Source: a virus. From it: DNA of 64,000 bases. Of the stretch, positions 20,472 through 29,913 are shown in pieces; position 1 is the stretch's first letter, and each line of letters begins with the position of its first letter. Made by a program: the position numbers and the translations under genes. The stretch lies in IMG/VR virus record IMGVR_UViG_3300009376_000001; one strand, given 5' to 3'. Below the pieces are notes generated by a model. The model did not search any database. It was not told where the DNA came from and saw only the letters and a program-made list of their open reading frames with translations.

Positions 20472-22745
20472 CTATACCCCATTAAAGAACGAAGTTTCAT
20501 CCATATGATCGATACGAGCTAAATCACCTATAATATCCTGCACTGTCGCACGAGTATTAATATTAACGTTCATAACACGAGTGGAACTAACACCGCCTCG
20601 ACGACCAGAACTACCTCGACGACCAGTAAAGTAATCACTTAATGGATCACGGGAATAATAATCATCCATCCATGCAGCTTCGGCATAATTAGGAGTCTCT
20701 TCTCGTTGAAATCCTCCTTCAGGAGGGCCATAATCAGCAAAAGACTCCGCTGAAGGGCCAGAATCACTACCTGAGCCAACTTCATGTATTCCTGAGGGGA
20801 CATCAACTACTGCTGGAGGATCGGGTGGTTCCGGCGGAGTCCATCCTCCGTCATCCTCCTCGTAATACTCTTCTTCTTGGGCAACGGGTGGTACTATCGG
20901 TTTTGTATAACATAATCCATCAGGATTAGTACTTTGCCACGGATGAGTTTCTCCGCATATTACTTCATTTTTCCTAATAAACCCCTTAAGACCTGATACT
21001 TGGCTGGCACCAGCCCCATAATAATTGCCTATTCCTCCATACATCCAACCCCAAGGAGTATCATCATCACTACCTGACCATGTATTCCGCCACTCATCAG
21101 TCCAGGTTACTACTGCTTGAGTCGCCTTTTTAAAAGCAAATTTTGGCTCTGCAAGAGTTGAATTTATTTGTGTCTGGAGAGAATTCATTTCGTCAATCAT
21201 ACTCTGAATTTCTGCAGCCGAAGTATCAGGAATCGCAGGATCCGCTAATGCTTGAATAGCAGTTTCTAGCCTACTAGCAAGACTATTAGCCAGTGCAGCG
21301 GGTGCTCCGCCTAATGCTCGTCCTTGTTCTACTAAGTTATGGATAGCTTCAACATCAAGGATATCGCCATCTACACCCATTTGCACTGCATGAACGCCAT
21401 TTTCAACTAAGTCAGCTAAAGAAGTCCATTGAGCATTTACACATTGATTAGCGATAGTAAAGCAATTATTAATCTCATCTGCAACTGAAGAATCTAATAC
21501 GAAATCTCCTAAACTAAGAGTAGAAAGTGTTCTTTCTATTTCATTTGTAATCTTATCAAATCCAGGATCAAAACCATCTAATGGGTTAACTATATTACCC
21601 GCTGCCATTTCGGCTGCTTTGGCTTCAGTAGCTGTTTCATCTTCCATTTGCTGATAAATACTAGAAATATCATCCCAAGTATTAGGCAAATGTCCTCGGA
21701 TAACTGCATCATCGAATCTAGCTAAATCTCCGCCGGGTCCCATCTGTTTCTGCTCATGTTGAATCGCAAAAGTTTGAACAGCCTCGGCTCCCTCAGCTAA
21801 TGATTGAGTAATATTGCCTAAAAACATCCCAACACCAGCCTGAGCACCTTGCATCTGACCTACTACATCAGAAGGAACTACTAATTCACCACCGTGTAGA
21901 GTAGCTGAAACGGCTGCACCTGGCCCTCCAGGGATTATGCCTCCTAATTGATTTAAACCTGCATCTGTAGTGTCATCATCGCCTCCAAAGCCCAACGCTC
22001 CCGCAATCTTTGTTCCTGCAAACCGTCCCGGTAAAGTCATTGGATTAGCGTAACTAGCTATCTTGCCCCATTTCACAATGGTGTCAGATACATCAACATC
22101 ACCTTGTTCATTAGTGGATGCAACGATATTCTTAGCCGTCCATTTTGTTGCCTCTCTAATGGCTACACCCAGTGCAGGAATAGCGGTAAATAGAAACCAA
22201 TTTTGAAGTTTTCCCAGCAATGGAGACACCGTATTCCAAAAGCCTCCAGTTCGAACATCGGTAATAAATTGTTCTATCCAAGCTGCAGTTTTTGCCCCCG
22301 CTTCAGAGAACATAGGAATATGCTGCATAAGCATCTGCATGCCTCTCATTGCCAAAGGCAAGAAAGGAAGCAAGAATACGTCAGCCATTGCTCCAAATAT
22401 CTTAAAGAAAGAACCTGCTATGCCTTGAAAGACCTTACTACTCTCCATTATTTGTTTTACGAAACCTAGCATGCCGGAAACACCAGCAGTAATCACACCT
22501 ATAGGACCACCTTGCTTAAACGCACCTGCCATACCCTCCATCATGCCTGCACCAGGAAGTTGTTTAGCTATTTGACCTAAACCTTTAACTATTTCTCCTG
22601 GCCCACCTTGCCCAAACATAGCAGTATTTATCCTGCCACCGGAAGATGTTGCCGAACCAGCTAATGCTGTTCCTGCTCCTCCTACCGTACTAGCAGCACG
22701 ACTTACATTTTGTAATATAACGGGTATTGTTATGGGTCCGGGCAT
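20472..22745 (-). CDS. Tape measure protein
   Basis: Follows the frameshifting chaperone; Ala/Gly-rich helical N-terminus with hydrophobic segments, GG.IPG...LHGGE.VVP motif, C-terminal NVNINT. Confidence 0.7.
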   Translation of the reverse strand: MPGPITIPVILQNVSRAASTVGGAGTALAGSATSSGGRINTAMFGQGGPGEIVKGLGQIAKQLPGAGMMEGMAGAFKQGGPIGVITAGVSGMLGFVKQIMESSKVFQGIAGSFFKIFGAMADVFLLPFLPLAMRGMQMLMQHIPMFSEAGAKTAAWIEQFITDVRTGGFWNTVSPLLGKLQNWFLFTAIPALGVAIREATKWTAKNIVASTNEQGDVDVSDTIVKWGKIASYANPMTLPGRFAGTKIAGALGFGGDDDTTDAGLNQLGGIIPGGPGAAVSATLHGGELVVPSDVVGQMQGAQAGVGMFLGNITQSLAEGAEAVQTFAIQHEQKQMGPGGDLARFDDAVIRGHLPNTWDDISSIYQQMEDETATEAKAAEMAAGNIVNPLDGFDPGFDKITNEIERTLSTLSLGDFVLDSSVADEINNCFTIANQCVNAQWTSLADLVENGVHAVQMGVDGDILDVEAIHNLVEQGRALGGAPAALANSLASRLETAIQALADPAIPDTSAAEIQSMIDEMNSLQTQINSTLAEPKFAFKKATQAVVTWTDEWRNTWSGSDDDTPWGWMYGGIGNYYGAGASQVSGLKGFIRKNEVICGETHPWQSTNPDGLCYTKPIVPPVAQEEEYYEEDDGGWTPPEPPDPPAVVDVPSGIHEVGSGSDSGPSAESFADYGPPEGGFQREETPNYAEAAWMDDYYSRDPLSDYFTGRRGSSGRRGGVSSTRVMNVNINTRATVQDIIGDLARIDHMDETSFFNGV

Positions 22746-22780
22746 AATGTCTCACCTAGAACATAATAAAGAGTACTTAT

Positions 22781-22789
22781 ATTGTATCA
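22781..22789 (-). promoter_or_regulatory. Extended -10 promoter candidate (TGATACAAT)
   Basis: In an AT-rich gap; same pattern as 28437, 36567 and 63491. Confidence 0.4.
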
Positions 22790-22808
22790 AAAATTGAAAA
22801 AATTACCA

Positions 22809-23186
22809 TTAATCCCCAGCAGGGAAAGGATATCGAACTGCATGCTCAGAAGGTGGAGGAGGTCTTCTCAAACGAGTACGTGGAGGGCGAGTACCTTTAA
22901 TAGTATTAGCATTACCTAAAGAAGGAGGAGCATCTGTTTCTTGAGCAGGAGTAGTAGTGATCTGGTAATCCTGTGGCCTTGCATTCGTAGACGCAGCACC
23001 TTGGATTCCTCCATTGAAAACTCCTATTATCTCAGAAAGAAGATTTTGAACAACAAAAAAACGCCGGAAAACAGATAGATCATCCATTTCATATATCTCT
23101 TCACGAGAATATCCGGCGAATTTTACTAAAATCTCAGCCTTTATGCGAATACTTAACGCATCTTTGCCCTCATCTACGCTTTTTTT
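22809..23186 (-). CDS. Tail assembly chaperone, -1 frameshift extension (gpGT-like; full product 22809..23680)
   Basis: The -1 frame is open from the A-AAA-AAA slippery site (23180-23186) through SVDEGKDALSIRIKAEILVKFAGYSREEIYE into ORF 22809..23087. Confidence 0.8.
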   Translation of the reverse strand, partial: KKSVDEGKDALSIRIKAEILVKFAGYSREEIYEMDDLSVFRRFFVVQNLLSEIIGVFNGGIQGAASTNARPQDYQITTTPAQETDAPPSLGNANTIKGTRPPRTRLRRPPPPSEHAVRYPFPAGD

Positions 23187-23680
23187 ACTTCTTCCACATT
23201 CTGCTCAACAGGTTGTGGAACCAAAGTAATAAGTTTCTCTCCAATAGCTCTATCTAATTGATTAAGAGTAGTTTCTGTAATAGGCTTAATTGGCCCATCA
23301 GTAATCATTCTCGTTAGAGCAGCTGAATAATATTTAGATACTGAGAATTTAAATCCTTCTGTAGCATCCCACTGCTGAGCGTCATCAATGCACTCGTTCT
23401 TTTGGCCCCAACTTAAGTCTTTATACTTAAATTGCCAACGCTGCCCTGCATGTTCAATCTCTAATACCTTCTCTTCACGTCCAGCATAAAGAAATGAAGG
23501 ATCATTACCAAGAGGAAGGGATTGATCTACAGGAGCATCATTAACTTCTGTAGACTCTTCTACGACTATTGGAGATTCCACTGAAGGGATAACTGTATTA
23601 TCGTTTGCTTCAAAACTATTAACCATATTTTCCTCTACAACCTTTCTAGGACGACCTCTACCACGTTTTTCCTGAACCAT
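23174..23680 (-). CDS. Tail assembly chaperone (gpG-like)
   Basis: Between tail tube and tape measure; ends GTA AAA AAA GCG TAG. Confidence 0.8.
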   Translation of the reverse strand: MVQEKRGRGRPRKVVEENMVNSFEANDNTVIPSVESPIVVEESTEVNDAPVDQSLPLGNDPSFLYAGREEKVLEIEHAGQRWQFKYKDLSWGQKNECIDDAQQWDATEGFKFSVSKYYSAALTRMITDGPIKPITETTLNQLDRAIGEKLITLVPQPVEQNVEEVKKA

Positions 23681-23694
23681 TAACCTTTAACCTT

Positions 23695-23991
23695 TTAGTC
23701 TTCGAATGGAACTTCACTCTCTTTAACAGTATTTTCTTTAGTAATACCTGCTAATTCCAGAGCAATTCCGTAATTAGGAGCTAAAATAGTTACCTTCTGC
23801 CATTCCTCTTCTGCAGGCTTTGTATTAACAGTATATACCATTAAATTCGGCCTGTCAGTATCTTCGACAGCGAAATCAAATGTAGTGTCTGATTTTTTTG
23901 AAGTAGAGGAAGTTTCCGCTTCTTCTACTTCCATCTCAGGGACTACTACGTCGTCTTGTTCATCTTGTGGTTCTTCTATTGGAGTAACCAT
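23695..23991 (-). CDS. Acidic hypothetical protein
   Basis: 98-aa ORF with AGGAG RBS. Confidence 0.6.
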   Translation of the reverse strand: MVTPIEEPQDEQDDVVVPEMEVEEAETSSTSKKSDTTFDFAVEDTDRPNLMVYTVNTKPAEEEWQKVTILAPNYGIALELAGITKENTVKESEVPFED

Positions 23992-24002
23992 ACCCGATCT
24001 CC

Positions 24003-25646
24003 TTAGTCGCCTGCTGCGACTCCGTCCATAATTTCCATATGCATTGAAGAAACCATACCTTCAATATCCATTGGAACATGCACACTAGGCGGAGCAGGAA
24101 CATTTAATGGCGCAGACCTGAGCACCATACCTACATCACTTTCACTACCTAGATTACTAGACGTAGTAGAAGGCAACTTAAACTTAATCTTATCATGTGC
24201 ACTTCCAGAAGTACTAAAATCATTGACCTTACGTAATTCGACCTCAATTCCAATACCCTTTAGAGTATCTTGATCTCGAATATCCGAACTTGTCATAGCT
24301 TGATTGAGTAAGTACCGCAAGAACTGAGCATCCGTAGGAGAACTCGACGCTGGATACGCATTTGAGCCATCATCATCCAAATCTAATGACCCACCAAAGC
24401 TGATGTTGCGTCTACCTTCTAGAATCTCATGTAAAATCTGCCGATTGTCACGAGGACTTGCAGCATCATTTTGAGTCACATAGTAACGAGGATCTAATCC
24501 ATTATCAATAGTAATATTAAACCTACGGAAGCGAGCTATAGGCTCGCCTTGGAACGTAAGCTGTACAGAACTATAGAAATATGGTTGCTCAGTAACTCTA
24601 ATATTTTTCATATAATTAGGAGCAAGCGTATTAGTAGCTCCAGTGCCTTCAGCCTTATACTTTAGAGTCCGTGTAGCATTATCATCGGCACCAGTCAAAG
24701 AGTCCTCACCAATATTGTGAGAAAAGTCTCTAGCCATGAAATCCGCCCCGAAGTTAACAGGATTTCCTTCTTCAAAGTTAAAAACAAGTCTAGAAACTTT
24801 ACAACCACTGTAATTAGTAATGAAATTACTGCCGTCATCTGCCCTAAATCGTGCTCCTAAAGTAAACGAAGGCTGAACAAGAGTAGGACGAATCATAACT
24901 AACTTACTAAGGTTAGCATCCCTAGTGACATTTAGTACGTTATTAGCATTACTAGCTGCGGTAGCACTAGAGGCTACTCCAATGCCATGAATACTAAATT
25001 GATGGCTGGCTCCTGAAGGAGGACGAATACCATTCCATCCCGCTTGAGTTAATGCCTGATCTTTAAATACGTTAATGACCGTATTTCCACCGCCTGAACC
25101 GATATAGGCCCAAGTATCTTGAGTACGGTCAGGAGCTTCTCCCAATTTATCCGCTACTATAACGATATGAGTAGGAGGATCGGCTTTGTATGTACTAAAA
25201 TCATCACTACCTACTGTAAAAGTAGTAGCAGCAGTAGTACTAGTGCCTGTAGAAACGGTATATGTTCCTACAGAAGCTGAATAGCTAGCATCCGCATTTT
25301 TACCATTAAATGCCAAGCCTAAACATTGTTCTAAGAATAATCGACTAGCATCATGACAAAGAAGAGTTTGAGATACTCGTCCTTCTAGACGCTCACGGCC
25401 TTGAACAGGGAACAACATGTTCCGATTCATCACACCAAGACCATAGAATGGCTGCCAATCAAAGGTTGGCGTAGGAAGATCAACACCACCCGTCACTAAC
25501 CCCCATTGGCCTCTTAGCATTCCTGCTACAGAAGTGCCTCCGGCAGTTACTAATGAGGCTAATGCTGACGTAGGAGGCACTACCCCATAAGAATGTTCTT
25601 TCGCCCAGGCTACGTCAGCTAAATCTGCTCGGTAACGTGCTGGCAT
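24003..25646 (-). CDS. Major tail tube protein with an inserted domain
   Basis: Position; W.KE.SYG N-terminus, PSFT, Y.GCKV..L, PYFY, F.ITIDNGL and EGRR.ISF motifs typical of siphovirus tubes. Confidence 0.7.
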   Translation of the reverse strand: MPARYRADLADVAWAKEHSYGVVPPTSALASLVTAGGTSVAGMLRGQWGLVTGGVDLPTPTFDWQPFYGLGVMNRNMLFPVQGRERLEGRVSQTLLCHDASRLFLEQCLGLAFNGKNADASYSASVGTYTVSTGTSTTAATTFTVGSDDFSTYKADPPTHIVIVADKLGEAPDRTQDTWAYIGSGGGNTVINVFKDQALTQAGWNGIRPPSGASHQFSIHGIGVASSATAASNANNVLNVTRDANLSKLVMIRPTLVQPSFTLGARFRADDGSNFITNYSGCKVSRLVFNFEEGNPVNFGADFMARDFSHNIGEDSLTGADDNATRTLKYKAEGTGATNTLAPNYMKNIRVTEQPYFYSSVQLTFQGEPIARFRRFNITIDNGLDPRYYVTQNDAASPRDNRQILHEILEGRRNISFGGSLDLDDDGSNAYPASSSPTDAQFLRYLLNQAMTSSDIRDQDTLKGIGIEVELRKVNDFSTSGSAHDKIKFKLPSTTSSNLGSESDVGMVLRSAPLNVPAPPSVHVPMDIEGMVSSMHMEIMDGVAAGD

Positions 25647-25661
25647 TTTACTTAACTCCCT

Positions 25662-26120
25662 CTACGATTCCCTTATTCTATTAGCAAGGTCATCGATGTC
25701 ATCAGAATATTCGGCTAAAACGGGACTAATTATCTCTTTTATAATTATATCTTCAGGAATCGTATCTAAAGTAACAAAATTACCATCTATTTCAAAAGTT
25801 GCCTGATTACTTAAAGTACGAGTATAACCACGAACATCTCGTCCACTACGTTGATGTTGTCTCACATCAACTTCATGTTCTCCTTCAATAGTTCCAAAAT
25901 CTACTTCTATAAATGCCTTTGCCTCAGTGTCAGTTATTTCAAAACGAGTATTAAAATCATAATTAACCGTCTGTCCTGGCAGTCTAGTACCAATCCAATT
26001 ATCTATTTTTGCGGATAATTTATCTTCTATCTCATCTAATAATTCAGGATAGTATTCTTCTGCTACCCTACTTAATATTTGGGTATTAAACTCTTCAGCT
26101 TCTCGTGATTCTTCAGGCAT
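25662..26120 (-). CDS. Putative neck/tail-completion protein
   Basis: Position; VDFGT and VRQHQR..VRGYTR basic motif. Confidence 0.45.
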   Translation of the reverse strand: MPEESREAEEFNTQILSRVAEEYYPELLDEIEDKLSAKIDNWIGTRLPGQTVNYDFNTRFEITDTEAKAFIEVDFGTIEGEHEVDVRQHQRSGRDVRGYTRTLSNQATFEIDGNFVTLDTIPEDIIIKEIISPVLAEYSDDIDDLANRIRES

Positions 26121-26123
26121 ATT

Positions 26124-27065
26124 TTATGATAACTCTGTAACTACTTCACCATGAGTACGATATTGTCCTCGTAACTCACTAGACCAATATTGAAAATTAT
26201 TAATATTCTCTCTAAATGACTGGTATTGAAAGAATTGAAACTCTCGTGTAGATAAATCTATATGATCAATATCAAACGTTCTATTTGCAGCTAAAGACGT
26301 AAAAGCAACCTCATCTATTAATGTTGGGTCCCAAGTTCCAACAGAAGAAGAAGCTGTTGCATCTAAATTAATCACTTTTTCTACAAAATCGGTACTATCT
26401 ACAGTCACATCCCACGTTCTAGATAATCCTGATCTATTAGACGCATCTCTAAGTGTTACACCTATAACATCAGAACCACTATCAATCTTAACAAAAAATC
26501 TAATTTGTTGTAAACGTCTAGGATAGGGTTTTATTGTAAATGTTGAAGGAAACCCTCTATACGCTTCTCCATTTCCCCCTCCACCTACTACTACACGCAT
26601 AGCATTTGTGCCATATTTACGAGCAGAAGTTAAAAGAGAAAGCGTAGAATTAGTAGTTGTATCTCCCCAAATAGCCGATAGTGCTGTCGTATCAGCATAA
26701 CCTTCAAAGCCATCTAATAAATAATCAACAGGAAATAGACGTTTAGAGAATAAAATACGCCTAATTTCTTCCATATGATCATACATTCTCTGTCGAGACG
26801 TAAATGTATTCAACTCAATAGTCATATTAGCATCAAAAGTACGATGCTGGAAGCCTAATGTTATAAAATTCTCCGTTGTCCCGCCTAATGAAATGATGCA
26901 ATGGTCCCCAGTATTGCGTAAATCGATACGTTGAGCGTCGGCATACGGCTTTTCTATAATAACAGGCTTAGGAATATTACCGCTTCTAGTATCCCAATAA
27001 GAATCTAGTAGATTAGCTAATAATTCCGTAGGCCGTGCGCCTGGAGTATAGGCTAAAGTAGTCAA
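26124..27065 (-). CDS. Putative tail terminator with an inserted carbohydrate-binding-like domain
   Basis: LL..YW...N.PKP...EEIRRIL core interrupted by an LDGFEGY...W..IDHI beta-sandwich segment; TTG start. Confidence 0.5.
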   Translation of the reverse strand: MTTLAYTPGARPTELLANLLDSYWDTRSGNIPKPVIIEKPYADAQRIDLRNTGDHCIISLGGTTENFITLGFQHRTFDANMTIELNTFTSRQRMYDHMEEIRRILFSKRLFPVDYLLDGFEGYADTTALSAIWGDTTTNSTLSLLTSARKYGTNAMRVVVGGGGNGEAYRGFPSTFTIKPYPRRLQQIRFFVKIDSGSDVIGVTLRDASNRSGLSRTWDVTVDSTDFVEKVINLDATASSSVGTWDPTLIDEVAFTSLAANRTFDIDHIDLSTREFQFFQYQSFRENINNFQYWSSELRGQYRTHGEVVTELS

Positions 27066-28163
27066 TTAAGGCACCCATAGACGTACACTGCGTAGCTCTT
27101 CCATTCGCTCTTCCGCATTTTCACGCCAATAATTAACTTTTTGTTCTAATGAATACCTATCAGTTCCTTGAGGAACAATAGTTGTGTAATCATAATTAGA
27201 AATTATGTCAGCTGAAGCTAATTTAGTGGTTATGTCTTCAACCATACCTGCAGCGACATCTTCATCAAAGTCCCTGCCCCACACATAGTTAACATTAATT
27301 GCTCGTTTAAACTCCCCAAATCCCCAAGTATAGATAGCAGAACGAGTATAAGTGAAAGGAATACTCAATAATCTAGTTAATGGTATGATTCCAGTCTTCT
27401 CATCTACAAAATAGTCTTGAGCACGACCTTCCAACATAAGAGTGAACGAACTACCGTCCCAAACAGAAAGGTCAATAACCTTTATAGCTGGCTGTCTCTT
27501 AAGAACTAACCCATAACGACTGAATTCATAAGTCTCATCTGGCCTAAAATTAGGCTTCCATGAGTTGGTAGTGTATCTATCAATACGACTTTCTACTCTT
27601 TCAATGATTCTTTCGACTTCTGCAATACTTGGAGCAGTCGTTGTAGAAAAATCTTGACGTAACTGTAAGAATTGAGCAATACGACTAGGAGTAGTGTATC
27701 CATAAGTAGGAAAGGGAAACGACCTCTTCATAGTAGCGACAGTAGTGACCTCTGAAGCAGCCACACGTATCCAGTATTTAGCCGTACCTGCGGATGTATC
27801 TTCAGTTTTAAGTCCAGAATTGGTATTTTCAATACCTGTTAGAGTATTAGCTGTCCAATCGTTAGGAACTCTAAACTGTGTAACTCCAGAAATCGAATCA
27901 AGAACATAATTACGAGAGATTGGGAGATTTTTCCAAGCACTACCATCCCAATATTCCCAATCCAACAATGTGCCGTAGTCTCCTGCAGTATCTAATTCAA
28001 AAAATACAGCATTAAAAGTACGGTCTAGACCTAAATAAATCTTATCTGTCGTTTGACCAATAAGACTAACAGCTGCTCCAGGTATGTCTGAAGCAGCAAA
28101 TTCATGGTCTACAAAAGCCGAAGCACTATTGTCCCAGAGGTAAAATGAATCCCAAACGATCAT
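27066..28163 (-). CDS. Head-tail adaptor/neck protein with an extra N-terminal beta domain
   Basis: YTTP..IA..L, IE.VE..ID..T..SW, DYFVD...G, V.Y.WG; the N-domain matches repeats of 12305..17548. Confidence 0.6.
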   Translation of the reverse strand: MIVWDSFYLWDNSASAFVDHEFAASDIPGAAVSLIGQTTDKIYLGLDRTFNAVFFELDTAGDYGTLLDWEYWDGSAWKNLPISRNYVLDSISGVTQFRVPNDWTANTLTGIENTNSGLKTEDTSAGTAKYWIRVAASEVTTVATMKRSFPFPTYGYTTPSRIAQFLQLRQDFSTTTAPSIAEVERIIERVESRIDRYTTNSWKPNFRPDETYEFSRYGLVLKRQPAIKVIDLSVWDGSSFTLMLEGRAQDYFVDEKTGIIPLTRLLSIPFTYTRSAIYTWGFGEFKRAINVNYVWGRDFDEDVAAGMVEDITTKLASADIISNYDYTTIVPQGTDRYSLEQKVNYWRENAEERMEELRSVRLWVP

Positions 28164-28406
28164 CTAATCATCCTGTATTGTCTCTATGGGTTCTACTTCA
28201 ATCGTGCCAGCATCAGGGGCAGCATCAGGGGCAGCAACACCATCGGCGTTCTGTTTCCCTCGTAGATACATGGCAATTCCATTTAAATTGTGAATTTGTT
28301 GCGTAAGCTGGTCACGTTGAGTATTTAATGTGTTTAATTGACCAACCAAGGTTTCCAATTGTTTATTAACCTGTTCCAAATCGCCTTCCACGTTTATATC
28401 TGACAT
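28164..28406 (-). CDS. Small coiled-coil protein
   Basis: Heptad-rich 80 aa; APDA tandem duplication. Confidence 0.6.
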   Translation of the reverse strand: MSDINVEGDLEQVNKQLETLVGQLNTLNTQRDQLTQQIHNLNGIAMYLRGKQNADGVAAPDAAPDAGTIEVEPIETIQDD

Positions 28407-28436
28407 CCTCTACCTTACCTCGCCTAGAATTAACAT

Positions 28437-28445
28437 ATTATACCA
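28437..28445 (-). promoter_or_regulatory. Extended -10 promoter candidate (TGGTATAAT) for the neck/tail operon
   Basis: TATTTATGGTATAATA, nearly identical to TATTTATGGTAAAATA at 36567. Confidence 0.55.
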
Positions 28446-28463
28446 TAAATAACTTTATTTTAA

Positions 28464-28766
28464 TTACCCCCGTAACCGCATTAGTTCTTTCAGTTCTTCA
28501 AAGGTGATGCTATCATTTGCTAACTTAGTTTCTAAATCAACTAGACGAGTATTAACAACAGGTGCTTCTTGCCCCACCGTATCGTCATCATTAATTATAT
28601 ATTTCTTGCCGTCTTCTAAAGGAGGGGCATCCACAACAGCATAATCCTCTACACCCCCACCTAATTCAGAATTAATCACATTCTGCAATATCTGTGCTTC
28701 TGGAGTCTTTCCTTCAAAAACATAATCGGCAATAATTTTAGTAGCTTTTTGATATACTATTTTCAT
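28464..28766 (-). CDS. Small fibre-associated (chaperone-like) protein, KLAxDSIxF family
   Basis: C-terminus LETKLANDSITFEELKELMRLR shared with 33311 and 38179. Confidence 0.65.
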   Translation of the reverse strand: MKIVYQKATKIIADYVFEGKTPEAQILQNVINSELGGGVEDYAVVDAPPLEDGKKYIINDDDTVGQEAPVVNTRLVDLETKLANDSITFEELKELMRLRG

Positions 28767-28774
28767 ATCTTCTC

Positions 28775-29623
28775 CTAACCTAAATAAAGGATATAGCCAG
28801 TTACATCTACACCACTATTGCTTTTACTCCATGTGAAAGTAAGACCATTAGAAGTTAATGCAGCCGAAGCATACATTTGGTCACTAGCACTACTATTGTT
28901 TCTAACATTTATAGCGTGGCTTGCTGATAGTGAGAAAATAGTTGTGGTCATAGAACCGTTTTGGGCATTATGGTATATATTTCTTCCACCATCAGAGTCA
29001 TCAACAAAACCCCAAGCAGCACCAGCACCCCCATCACCCGCATAGATAATGGCAGCTTTTGGAGCAAACCCTGCTCCTGTAAGAGCTTGTGTACCAGCCC
29101 CCGCTGAAGCAGTTCTTGTGAAACTTTCAACAGTAGAAGATATGCCAGCAGCAGCCCAAGTCAATCCACCACCTTCTCCTGATTGAGCTTGTAAGAACTG
29201 ACCATTTGTTGGAGCATTACTTACATCCAATTTGGCTTCAACGATAGAATCATCTGCAATTCTTGCAGCGGGAAGTGTGCCAGATGTAATTTGCGTTCCA
29301 TTAAGGGCAGTTAAAGCACCACCATTTAAGGCTGGTAGAGTACCATTAGCCGTAATGTTAGCAGCAGCTAATGCCGTAATCCCTGCGCCACTACCAGTAA
29401 GAGTTGTAGCTGCAACAGTACCCGCTACTGTTACAGTCTCATTCGTAAGAGTAATAATATTAGTATCAGTGGAGATACCGATTCGACCATTTCCACCAGA
29501 ATCTACCAGGATTGTGGAATTTCCAAATCCTGTACCACCTGTGCCATCAAAGATAACTACAGCGTTATCAGTACTGGCTCCAGGAGTACTTATTGATGGG
29601 TCATGACTAAGTGCAGATGGCAT
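28775..29623 (-). CDS. Fibre-like virion protein
   Basis: HxP..PG.ST N-module, SNAPTNG..GGLTWAA connector, TGAGFAP tip. Confidence 0.7.
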   Translation of the reverse strand: MPSALSHDPSISTPGASTDNAVVIFDGTGGTGFGNSTILVDSGGNGRIGISTDTNIITLTNETVTVAGTVAATTLTGSGAGITALAAANITANGTLPALNGGALTALNGTQITSGTLPAARIADDSIVEAKLDVSNAPTNGQFLQAQSGEGGGLTWAAAGISSTVESFTRTASAGAGTQALTGAGFAPKAAIIYAGDGGAGAAWGFVDDSDGGRNIYHNAQNGSMTTTIFSLSASHAINVRNNSSASDQMYASAALTSNGLTFTWSKSNSGVDVTGYILYLG

Positions 29624-29652
29624 TTAATAACTTCCTTAGTTTAATCTATCAC

Positions 29653-29904
29653 CTATCTAAATTCTTCAGGCACATTCGCTGCCCTAAAATCAGCAATAAC
29701 CTCTGCTGTATGTACCGCCCTTGCTACATTCTGTACGGTAGCATCTTCACCACTTACATCAGCACCAGGAACAATTACATGTCTGTGGTAGGTTCTCGAT
29801 ATTTCCACACCATCTTTTTCTATAATCGTGTCAGTTCTGACTTGTATCTGTCCGTCAGGTAGAACCTCACAGGAACCAGTTATTGTTTTTTCTTCTAATG
29901 CCAT
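29653..29904 (-). CDS. Small fibre-associated protein
   Basis: IQVR...I.KDG.EISR.YHRHV..P motif, following the LDDYEEG-type fibre. Confidence 0.6.
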   Translation of the reverse strand: MALEEKTITGSCEVLPDGQIQVRTDTIIEKDGVEISRTYHRHVIVPGADVSGEDATVQNVARAVHTAEVIADFRAANVPEEFR

Positions 29905-29913
29905 GTTTCCTCC

